A stretch of 64,000 nt of DNA from an uncultured Gemmatimonadales bacterium (lineage in GTDB: Bacteria > Gemmatimonadota > Gemmatimonadetes > Gemmatimonadales > GWC2-71-9). The stretch is from contig CAVOGR010000007.1 in NCBI GenBank assembly GCA_963695555.1, forward strand, positions 352,001 through 416,000, given 5' to 3'. Below the pieces are notes generated by a model. That model was given only the letters and a program-made list of their open reading frames with translations, was not told the DNA's origin and ran no database searches. Position numbers and translations under genes: made by a program. Shown here piece by piece: positions 29,905-37,479 of this stretch (position 1 is its first letter; each line of letters begins with the position of its first letter).

Positions 29905-31404
29905 ATGAGTAGCCGTGGTCTGCGCTTGTGCCTGATCGCCGTGGCAGGCGCCGCCGCCCTGTCCGGGTGCGGCGAGAACCCGCTCGATGTGGGCGAAGTG
30001 CGGGACCTCGTGGTGGCGGAACACCGCTGGGCCGAGCGCGGGTTCGGCGACTACGCCTTCATCACCCGCCAGTCGTGCTTCTGCTCGCCGGAGATGCTGC
30101 TGCGAGTCGAGGTCGAGGTGCGTAGTGGGCAGATCGCGAGCATCAAGGACGTTGCTGCCGACACGCTGCTCGCCGCCAACTTGCATTCAGCGTGGTACAC
30201 GATCGAGGACCTCTTTCAGATCATCCGGCAGGCAGCCGGCAACGATCTCGTCACCGATGTGGCCGTTACCTTCGATCCCACGCTAGGCTATCCGGTCTCC
30301 GCCGCCGTCAGCTACGATCCGAACATCCAGGATGCCGGCAGCACGTATGAGGTAACCGCCGTCAGGCCGCTCGGGGCCGCGCCGACGGGCCTCCAGGAGC
30401 TGATGACAGGATTCTCCTTTCCGGCCTGGCATGCCCAGCAGACGGGCTTCACGCCGGACTCCACCTACTTCGGCGCGTACAGCATGGAAGCCATCGGAGG
30501 GACGCTCTATCTTGGCTTCGGTACCAACCGCCCAACGGCAGTGGACGGAGCGCTCCTCGCAGCGGTTGACCACGCTGGCCTTCGCGTCATCGCGTCGTTG
30601 CCGGAACAAGGCTTCTTAGACATGGCCGCCGCAGGTGAGACGCTGCTGATCCCAGGGGTCGACCCGTGCTGCCCCGACGGCTGGGAGGCGGGGAATTTCT
30701 ATACCTACACGACGCACGCCGGGCTGATCAAGCACCGTACGCTACCCAACGTGATCCACAGTTGGCGGTTGTGGTACGACGTGCCGGAAGATGCCACATA
30801 TGTGACCACCGGCTCCCATCGCGGCGATTTCGCGACCTGGACCGGCGAGATCTGGCGCAGCGCCGATTTTGGCGCGAGCTGGTCCAAGATCGCCGACTCG
30901 GACGACGGCGTCGGCGACTACCGCACCGCCGATGTCGTTCGGTACCAAGGGCGACTCCACGCCGTCAGCGAGGCGTTGGGCCGCATCTGCGAGCTGGTCG
31001 TTCAAGAGAGTGGCGGGGCCCCGTGGTCTTTGGTTCTCCCTGGTGGCCGTCTGGCGTGCCGCCATGAGCTGGTGCTGTTTGGCAACGATCTCCTGGCGCT
31101 GGATGCGTCGCGGAGCCGGCTTCACGCCCTATCTGCACAGGCTACTCGTGAGGTCGACCTGCCGTTCACCGTCGCGGCCGAGGCGTATAACTGGGCCACC
31201 GTGGTGGACGACCACATCTTCGCGATCGCCGACGGTCGGGTGCTTCGGAGTCGGGATGCCATCACGTGGGACACGGTGGCCGAATCGAACCTCGCGTTGA
31301 TCGTGATCCGGCACTGGCCCGACCGCGGCTGGCTGGTGCTCGCGAGCCGCGGTGCCGCCGGATCGGTGTGGCGGCTCCGGCTCTGCGGCACTGACCCGTG
31401 CTGA
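29905..31404 (+). CDS. Lipoprotein with N-terminal DUF6174-like domain and C-terminal beta-propeller-like region
   Basis: Lipobox LSGC; SCFC, TIEDLF and FDPTLGYP; Asp-box-like RSADFGASW and RSRDAITW. Confidence 0.65.
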   Translation: MSSRGLRLCLIAVAGAAALSGCGENPLDVGEVRDLVVAEHRWAERGFGDYAFITRQSCFCSPEMLLRVEVEVRSGQIASIKDVAADTLLAANLHSAWYTIEDLFQIIRQAAGNDLVTDVAVTFDPTLGYPVSAAVSYDPNIQDAGSTYEVTAVRPLGAAPTGLQELMTGFSFPAWHAQQTGFTPDSTYFGAYSMEAIGGTLYLGFGTNRPTAVDGALLAAVDHAGLRVIASLPEQGFLDMAAAGETLLIPGVDPCCPDGWEAGNFYTYTTHAGLIKHRTLPNVIHSWRLWYDVPEDATYVTTGSHRGDFATWTGEIWRSADFGASWSKIADSDDGVGDYRTADVVRYQGRLHAVSEALGRICELVVQESGGAPWSLVLPGGRLACRHELVLFGNDLLALDASRSRLHALSAQATREVDLPFTVAAEAYNWATVVDDHIFAIADGRVLRSRDAITWDTVAESNLALIVIRHWPDRGWLVLASRGAAGSVWRLRLCGTDPC

Positions 31405-31463
31405 ATTGGAGACAGCCGGTCCGAATCGCACGCAGAGAAGGGTTGTGCCCGGAGGAGCCTCCC

Positions 31464-31724
31464 ATGAAACAGCCCAAGCGGTCGCGTCCTTCCAGGCCTC
31501 GTCATCCAATGCCTGCCGCTGTGCGCCAGGCCCTGACCCAGTCCGGCCTGATGACCGCGTACCGCGCCCGTCCACCGTATCAGCAAAATGACTATATCGG
31601 GTGGATCGCACGCGCCAAGAAGCCGGAGACGCGCGCGAGGCGCGTGAGCCAGATGCTCGACGAGCTGGCCCAGGGTGACCGGTACATGAAGATGCCCTAC
31701 CGGAGCAACAGGCAGAAACCCTGA
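31464..31724 (+). CDS. YdeI/OmpD-associated family small protein
   Basis: RPPYQQNDYIGWI..AK..ETR..R..QMLDEL; GGAGGA SD. Confidence 0.8.
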   Translation: MKQPKRSRPSRPRHPMPAAVRQALTQSGLMTAYRARPPYQQNDYIGWIARAKKPETRARRVSQMLDELAQGDRYMKMPYRSNRQKP

Positions 31725-31919
31725 GTTGTCGAGGCGAGTCGGGAAGTTGGAAAGTCGGGAAGTGAGTGGGGACGTCGGATGGAGGACGCCGGGGAGCATA
31801 TACTTGCGCATTTCCCGGGCTGGTTGAATAGTGGCCGTGCAGGCTGCGTGGCCGGCAGTGCTGCCAATGTACTTTCCGCGTGTGACTCCCTCATCCTCAC
31901 CACTCAGGAGAGACCCGTC

Positions 31920-32222
31920 ATGGGGAACCTGTTACCGTTGATCATTCAGCTCGTGAGCGGTGCCGTCGGTGGCAACGTCGCGGGTTCGTTGATGAAAAGC
32001 TCATCGTTGGGCACGGTCGGCAATTCCATTGCCGGCATCTTGGGTGGGGGCATCGGAGGGCAGCTCCTGGGGGTGTTGGGGGTCGCGGCGGCAAGCGGCG
32101 GCGGTGGCGGCGGCATGGAATGGAGTGCGATCATCGGCAGCATTGCCGGCGGCGGGGTTGGTGGCGGCGTCCTGATGGCCGTCATCGGCATGATCAAGAA
32201 GGCGATGGGCAAATCCGCGTAG
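31920..32222 (+). CDS. Small glycine-rich membrane protein
   Basis: Gly-zipper-like hydrophobic helices; AGGAG SD. Confidence 0.8.
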   Translation: MGNLLPLIIQLVSGAVGGNVAGSLMKSSSLGTVGNSIAGILGGGIGGQLLGVLGVAAASGGGGGGMEWSAIIGSIAGGGVGGGVLMAVIGMIKKAMGKSA

Positions 32223-32242
32223 CTCTCTCGAACCAGCATGGC

Positions 32243-32277
32243 GCCGGGGTGGCTCGGGAGAGCTGCCCCGGCATTTT
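32243..32277 (+). terminator. Rho-independent terminator
   Basis: GCCGGGGTGGCTC-ggga-GAGCTGCCCCGGC followed by ATTTT. Confidence 0.7.
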
Positions 32278-32407
32278 GACGTCCCGAAGGTGACGTACCC
32301 GGACGGGTTCCCGTGGTTCGAGGAGCTCACCGGTGAGACGAACAACCACAGAATTCGCTGAGGCGTTGGAACTGAAACGAAGTTGCGGAGCGTGGAGGGC
32401 CTGGTCT

Positions 32408-32480
32408 GCCCAACATTTGAGTTCAGCCGCGGGCGACGGCGTCAGGCCGTTGCACGTCGGCTGGGAGCGAAGCGTTAGGC
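32408..32480 (-). mobile_element. Integron attC site
   Basis: Minus strand reads GCCTAAC (R'', contains the cassette stop codon) ... CAGCCGAC / GCGGCTGAA inner pairing ... GTTGGGC (R'). Confidence 0.8.
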
Positions 32481-32795
32481 GGCACGATCAACCTCTCGCT
32501 TTCGGCGAGCCCTCCGGCGCGCAAGAAGGCGGATCAACGTAGCGAGTAGTACCAGGCCATATGCGGGAACCAGCAGTAGAAGGTCGAGCCGGATGTCGTA
32601 GCGGGAAGGCATTGCCGTCTCATAGACGAACGCCACTGCGAGGGTAGGGATCGGAAGCAACGTTGCTAACCGGCCGGTCCTTTCGGCGCCAAGAGTTCCC
32701 CATGGAACGATAGCCACAATCGCCATGAGCACGACGGCGATAAGAGAACAATTGAGGATGAGATTCCGCAGGGGATCTTGGACGTCGATGAGCAT
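32475..32795 (-). CDS. Integron-cassette-borne small membrane protein
   Basis: About three TM helices; TAA stop lies inside the attC R''; GTTAGAC core site about 20 nt upstream of the ATG. Confidence 0.7.
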   Translation of the reverse strand: MLIDVQDPLRNLILNCSLIAVVLMAIVAIVPWGTLGAERTGRLATLLPIPTLAVAFVYETAMPSRYDIRLDLLLLVPAYGLVLLATLIRLLARRRARRKREVDRAA

Positions 32796-32815
32796 CTGGA
32801 TCGAGACTCCGGGCC

Positions 32816-32925
32816 GTCTAACGAATGCCGCGTCAGTGGCGGGCCATCTGGCCCACCCGTTCACAAATGAACGACTCCCTTTGAAACCGGCAAGGCCCGG
32901 CCACCTGCCGCCTCAAGTGTTATTG
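32816..32925 (-). mobile_element. Second, partly degenerate attC site
   Basis: Minus strand reads caaTAAC ... GTGGCCGGGCC / GGCCCGCCAC pairing ... GTTAGAC core. Confidence 0.55.
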
Positions 32926-32945
32926 AGCTCCCGAGGAGGGACTCG
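32926..32945 (-). repeat. Short copy of the tRNA-Asn 3' end (old att scar)
   Basis: AGCTCCCGAGGAGGGACTCG is identical to 34621-34640. Confidence 0.75.
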
Positions 32946-32975
32946 GAACGGATGAAGTAAGGCCTAGGAATTATG

Positions 32976-33114
32976 GGACTCGATCATAAGCCGGCGCAAA
33001 GCGCCGACGTTGACGAAGGCCCTCCTTGGGAGCACAAGAGAAGCCGGGCCAAAGCCCGGCTTCTTTCAGCTCCCGAGGAGGGACTCGAACCCCCGACCCC
33101 GTGATTAACAGTCA
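32976..33114. repeat. 139-bp direct repeat, copy 1 (hairpin element, terminator and tRNA-Asn 3' half); attR-like
   Basis: Matches 34529-34667 with 4 mismatches. Confidence 0.92.
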
Positions 33115-33506
33115 GCAAAGGCGAGTTTGGGCCCGTTGGGGCCTGTTGTGTTATGTGTTGTAGTATAAAGACTTAGAGTACAATTGCGTGATGCCACGGT
33201 AGGGCCGATTTGCTCCTGTTTGGGGGAGTTGGCACACAAACGGCACACAAGATCGGCGGTGGGACTCAAGCAATCCTGCTCACACGTTTGGCTTGTCGAT
33301 GCCTAAGCCATCAGGCAGGGCTGAAACGCGCAAGATGCGCGTGTTGCACGACTTCTGCGCGCATGGTGCGCGTCCCACACCCCCAAAATGTGCGCCATGC
33401 GCAGATGAAAGTTGCACAGAAAGTGGCACACGCCTCAGGCGGGGTGCCGGGGCCGGCCGCTGGTAGCAGCTGAGGACGGTCTTTACAGGCGGCATGGACC
33501 TTGGCC

Positions 33507-33707
33507 CTAGCCGCCACAAGCGCATCCAGGTCCAACCAGGCAGGGAGTTCCATAAGGTGCGCACTGGCCATTACAAGCCTTCTCCCCTCCCCTACAGATC
33601 ACACAACAAGAACTGGGACTGGTCAGATCTGCGCACCCAGGGATGCCGCCGAGAAAAAGGGGCAGGGCCACGATGGTCAAAGCACCGAGCCTTCGAAGAC
33701 GTGACAT
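33507..33707 (-). CDS. Small cysteine-rich lipoprotein (66 aa)
   Basis: AGGAGA SD, signal peptide with IPGC lipobox, 8 Cys in the mature domain. Confidence 0.7.
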   Translation of the reverse strand: MSRLRRLGALTIVALPLFLGGIPGCADLTSPSSCCVICRGGEKACNGQCAPYGTPCLVGPGCACGG

Positions 33708-33759
33708 GAGCATCTCTCCTAAATCGCCAGAACCTGCGATCACTGCATTACTGGCTCTA

Positions 33760-34128
33760 CTACGGAGTACTCCAAGAATCTCCGAGGTAATCCGCGTTCG
33801 CAGCGACAACAGCGAGACCAATGGCCGCAGCGAACCCGACAACCAACATCACGGTTTTATCCACTTGTACCTTCAAAGCCTCGACTCGCCTGACTTCTCC
33901 CAACGGCGCGCCTTTCATTTGCCCGCTCGCACGACCGAGGATGGAGTCATTCCGGACGATAGGGTTCTTCAAGACGAGCTTGTGTGTATCGGCGGTAGTG
34001 ACGCGAATCTGGGAAGGCTGTTCTTCCGCCACGAACTGCGCCGGAGCGACTGGTTGAACCTGCCAGCCGGTGCATGCACCTAGATAGAGAACCATTAAGG
34101 TCATGGCCAACGGTCGATTCGTGCGCAT
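33760..34128 (-). CDS. Hypothetical lipoprotein with C-terminal TM helix
   Basis: AGGAGG SD, lipobox LGAC, hydrophobic C-terminus. Confidence 0.75.
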   Translation of the reverse strand: MRTNRPLAMTLMVLYLGACTGWQVQPVAPAQFVAEEQPSQIRVTTADTHKLVLKNPIVRNDSILGRASGQMKGAPLGEVRRVEALKVQVDKTVMLVVGFAAAIGLAVVAANADYLGDSWSTP

Positions 34129-34347
34129 TTTCTCCTCCTGGAGAAGTGGAGGCCCAATGGGGTATCCCGATTCCTCTTCAGGTTAGGAATCCAGCGTCAA
34201 GCGCGGATCAAGCGGACGCACGAGGCTGCCCCTGAAACGCTGTGGCGGCTCAGGCGGGTACACAGATGGAGGGCGTCAGGAAGGCGGCGGTTGCGACATC
34301 TGTTGCGTCCGCCATGTGTCTTGTTCTAGGACGGACAGAATGGTCGG

Positions 34348-34573
34348 GGACTCGATCATAAGCCGGCGCAGAGCGCCGGCGTTGACGAAGGCCCCATTAC
34401 GACAGGGAGTCGTGAGGTAGGAGGTAGGGCGGTAGGGGGTGGAAAGTACGAACGCTGAGGACTCGATCGTGCTAAGGCGCGGTCAACGACCGTGCCTGCA
34501 CGACGAAGGCGCCATTGGCGGTGCTCGAGGACTCGATCATAAGCCGGCGCAGAGCGCCGGCGTTGACGAAGGC
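34348..34573. repeat. Array of three GGACTCGATC...GACGAAGGC hairpin elements (34348-34392, 34459-34510, 34529-34573)
   Basis: Conserved ends around an internal GC stem-loop; a fourth copy lies at 32976-33020. Confidence 0.85.
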
Positions 34574-34588
34574 CCTCCTTGGGAGCAC

Positions 34589-34620
34589 AAAAGAAGCCGG
34601 GCCAAAGCCCGGCTTCTTTC
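34589..34620 (-). terminator. Terminator hairpin downstream of tRNA-Asn
   Basis: AAAGAAGCCGGGC-caaa-GCCCGGCTTCTTT. Confidence 0.85.
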
Positions 34621-34622
34621 AG

Positions 34623-34695
34623 CTCCCGAGGAGGGACTCGAACCCCCGACCCGGTGATTAACAGTCACCTGCTCTACCAACTGAGCTACTCGGGA
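34623..34695 (-). tRNA. tRNA-Asn (GTT)
   Basis: TCCCGAG-TAGCTCAGTTGGTAGAGC-A-GGTGA-CTGTTAA-TCACC...GGTTCGAGTCC...CTCGGGA-G cloverleaf; CCA not encoded. Confidence 0.97.
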
Positions 34696-34777
34696 TCGCG
34701 TTCGGGAGGATAATCCCCGCCCATGCGGCGGTCAAGCATAATCGCGGCCACTCTCAGCACATTCACCGGACCGCCCG

Positions 34778-35080
34778 TTCTCCACACCATCCACGCTGTC
34801 TTCCACGCTCAATCCACCTTATCCTCGCCGTCCACATGGCGCTCGCCCTCCCGACCCGGATGCTGCTCATCGGGCGAACCTGGCACTGTGCAATAACGCC
34901 ACTATCGCAACATCATCGACCCATCGAGTCTTTGTCGAATGGCAACAGCCCAGAGAGGACCACAAGTGGAAACAAAGTGAATATTCACTTATATTAGCCT
35001 GCCCGCAATCGGCCACACCCGTGACAACTCTTGCACGGAGTCGCCAACGTAACATGTTGTGGAAAAAGATGTTACAAAAT
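34778..35080. promoter_or_regulatory. DnaA-box cluster with AT-rich stretch and IHF-like site (candidate oriC)
   Basis: Six tandem TCCAC-type 9-mers at 34778-34836; consensus-matching TTTTCCACA (minus strand) at 35058-35066. Confidence 0.5.
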
Positions 35081-35121
35081 CAACCCTACCATTATCGTGG
35101 CCCGATTTTAGCTTCGTAGCC

Positions 35122-36210
35122 ATGACATTACACCACCTGGTCGGCCACCACGAGGCCCGACGGAGGCTGGCCCGGGCACACGCCCAGGGCCGCCTGCCCC
35201 AAGTGCTCCTGGTGAGCGGACCCAAGGGGGTCGGCAAGCAGCGCCTGGCGCTCTGGCTCGCGCAGCTGATGTTCTGCGAACAGCCGGATGAGGAGCCGTG
35301 CGGCGTCTGTCGGCAGTGCCAGCTGGTGACCCGGCTTGGGCACGTCGACCTCCACTGGATGGTCCCGATCCTCCGCCCCAAGGCGGCGGACCACGACCGG
35401 CAGGTGGAAGAAGCGGCGCAGTTGGTGGCCCAGGCAGTGGACGAGCGGCGGAAGACACCGCTCTACGGGCCGCCGGACGGCATGGCCAGCCACGGGGTGG
35501 CGGTTGCCCGGCTCATCGCCCGGCGCGCGTCCCTGACCCCGGTGGAGGGTCGCCGGAAGGTGTTCATCGTGGGCGACGCCGAGCGTTTGGTGCCACAGGA
35601 GGCGAGTCCGGAGGCCGCCAACGCCCTGCTCAAGCTGCTGGAGGAGCCGCCGGCGGATACGGTCTTCATTCTGACGGCCGCGGACCCGAAGGCGCTCCTC
35701 CCGACGGTGCGATCCCGCGCGGTGCCGCTCAGACTGAGGCCGCTGGCCGATGACGAAGTCCGAGGATTTCTCGAAAGCCAGCTGGACCCGCCCCTCGAGG
35801 GCGCGGTGCTGGATGAACGGGTGGCGTTGGCGGAGGGCTCGATCGGCCGAGCGCTGTGGGAGGTGGACGAGGCGGCGAAGGCCCGCGCCGAGGCGCTCGA
35901 GTTCCTGGGTGCGGCACTCGGCGACCGGGCTCAGCTGTTGGAACGGGCGCTGAAGCAGGCGCCCTGGTCGGCGCGGGGCGATTTCACCGGCATGCTGCAG
36001 GCCCTCGGCGAGGCCCTGTCGGACGCCGCCAGAACCGCCCTGGCCCAGGAACCGCGGCGGCCCGTGCCGGGTTTCCTGCACGGACGCGAACCAGCGGCCC
36101 TGGCGCGGGCGCTGACCCTGGTGGCGGACGCGGAGGAGGCGGCTCAGGGAAATGTGAATCCTCAGCTTCTGCTCGCCGTACTAGGGGAGAAGCTGGGAGC
36201 GACCCTATGA
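35122..36210 (+). CDS. holB: DNA polymerase III subunit delta'
   Basis: GPKGVGK, C...PCGVCRQC, ANALLKLLEEPP and LLPTVRSR motifs. Confidence 0.9.
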   Translation: MTLHHLVGHHEARRRLARAHAQGRLPQVLLVSGPKGVGKQRLALWLAQLMFCEQPDEEPCGVCRQCQLVTRLGHVDLHWMVPILRPKAADHDRQVEEAAQLVAQAVDERRKTPLYGPPDGMASHGVAVARLIARRASLTPVEGRRKVFIVGDAERLVPQEASPEAANALLKLLEEPPADTVFILTAADPKALLPTVRSRAVPLRLRPLADDEVRGFLESQLDPPLEGAVLDERVALAEGSIGRALWEVDEAAKARAEALEFLGAALGDRAQLLERALKQAPWSARGDFTGMLQALGEALSDAARTALAQEPRRPVPGFLHGREPAALARALTLVADAEEAAQGNVNPQLLLAVLGEKLGATL

Positions 36211-36680
36211 AGCTGTCCCACGTGGACGAGGCCGGGCGGGCCAAGATGGTGGACGTCGGTACCAAGCCGGAGACGGCCCGCGCCGCCGTTGCGGAGGGCG
36301 TCGTCCGGATGTCCCGCGAGGCGTTCGAGTTGGTGGAACGTCATGCGGTCGCAAAGGGAGATGTCTTGGCCACCGCCGAACTGGGCGGGACCATGGGGGC
36401 GAAGCGCACGGGAGAGTTGATTCCCCTGTGCCACCCCATCGTGCTCGACCACGTGGCGGTGAGCGCGGCCTTGGCACCGGAACTCCCGGGTGTCCGGATC
36501 ACCGCGAGCGCCAAAGCGGTCGGACGGACGGGTGTGGAGATGGAAGCGCTGACGGCTGCGGCTGTCGCGTGCCTGACCGTCTATGACATGGTCAAGGCGG
36601 TAGATCGCTCGATGACCATCGAGCACGTACGGCTCGTCGAGAAGACGGGCGGAACACGAGGAGACTGGCGTCGCGACTGA
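36207..36680 (+). CDS. moaC: Cyclic pyranopterin monophosphate synthase
   Basis: AKMVDV, LIPLCHP, TGVEMEAL and YDMVKA motifs. Confidence 0.97.
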   Translation: MKLSHVDEAGRAKMVDVGTKPETARAAVAEGVVRMSREAFELVERHAVAKGDVLATAELGGTMGAKRTGELIPLCHPIVLDHVAVSAALAPELPGVRITASAKAVGRTGVEMEALTAAAVACLTVYDMVKAVDRSMTIEHVRLVEKTGGTRGDWRRD

Positions 36681-36715
36681 CGCGGCTGCCATGACCAATA
36701 CACGGAGGTCAGTGA

Positions 36716-37387
36716 ATGACGACTGCGGACCGGAACAGTAAGCGCAAGCGCCTCGGCACTCCGCCGCTCCTGGCGCGTGGCGTCCTACTCGTCGGCGCAA
36801 CGGTCGCCATAGCGGCCCTGGCAGGCTGGGGCCACCGGGTGCGGGCAAGCGACGGCAACGTGCTGCCCTCGTATGAGGTCCTGTCCCGCGGCGTGCGGAG
36901 TCTCTGGTCGGACCTCGAGACTGCCCGGGGCGAGCTGGCGACCACGCAGCTGGAATTGGCTCGCGCTAAGTCGATTCTGCATTATTCGGAGCAATACCAG
37001 ATTCCGGCCGATCTGACCGCCGCGATCTACGATATCGCGCTGAGCGAGGGAATCAGTCCGGATGTCGGATTTCGTCTGGTGCAGGTGGAGAGCGGCTTCA
37101 AGCAGCGCGCCACCAGCCATGCCGATGCCGTTGGCTACACGCAGCTGCGTCTGGCTACCGCTCGGTTCTACGACCCGTCGCTCGAGCAGGAGCGGTTGTA
37201 TGACCGGGACATCAACCTGCGGCTCGGCTTCCGCTTCCTGCGCGACTTGATGCAGGTGTTCGACAACGACTTCCGCTACGCCTTGCTGGCGTACAACCGT
37301 GGGCCGGCCCGGGTGCGCGAAATCCTCGCCGCCGGCGGCAATCCCGCAAACGGCTACGCCACGGCCATCCTGGGCCGATCCAGGTAG
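36716..37387 (+). CDS. Lytic transglycosylase (SLT domain)
   Basis: VESGF, AVGYTQL and LLAYNRG motifs; N-terminal TM helix. Confidence 0.88.
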   Translation: MTTADRNSKRKRLGTPPLLARGVLLVGATVAIAALAGWGHRVRASDGNVLPSYEVLSRGVRSLWSDLETARGELATTQLELARAKSILHYSEQYQIPADLTAAIYDIALSEGISPDVGFRLVQVESGFKQRATSHADAVGYTQLRLATARFYDPSLEQERLYDRDINLRLGFRFLRDLMQVFDNDFRYALLAYNRGPARVREILAAGGNPANGYATAILGRSR

Positions 37388-37412
37388 CGCTGCAACAGGG
37401 CACCGATGCAAG

Positions 37413-37445
37413 AGGGTGGGCGCCGAACCGGCGCCCACCCTTTTG
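37413..37445 (+). terminator. Rho-independent terminator
   Basis: AGGGTGGGCGCCG-aac-CGGCGCCCACCCT-TTT. Confidence 0.85.
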
Positions 37446-37479
37446 CGTTTCGTAACGCGTCCCTCAGGACGCCATTAGC

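Larger units (their letters stand above)
33115..34622. mobile_element. Integrase-less mini-island at the 3' end of tRNA-Asn
   Basis: Flanked by the duplicated tRNA 3' half; lower GC; IHF-like motif near 33150-33175 and tandem GGCACACAA arm-like repeats near 33231-33250. Confidence 0.6.

Noticed and set aside
33068..33114. Second tRNA-Asn gene
   Set aside because: Only the 3' half from the anticodon arm is present; the D arm and 5' acceptor strand are missing, so it is treated as an att duplication
33210..33571. Short ORFs at the left end of the mini-island as an integrase remnant
   Set aside because: No tyrosine- or serine-recombinase motifs are recognisable
34348..34573. CRISPR array interpretation of the hairpin repeats
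   Set aside because: Spacers are very unequal (66 and 18 bp), the repeat interior varies, and no cas genes are in the window
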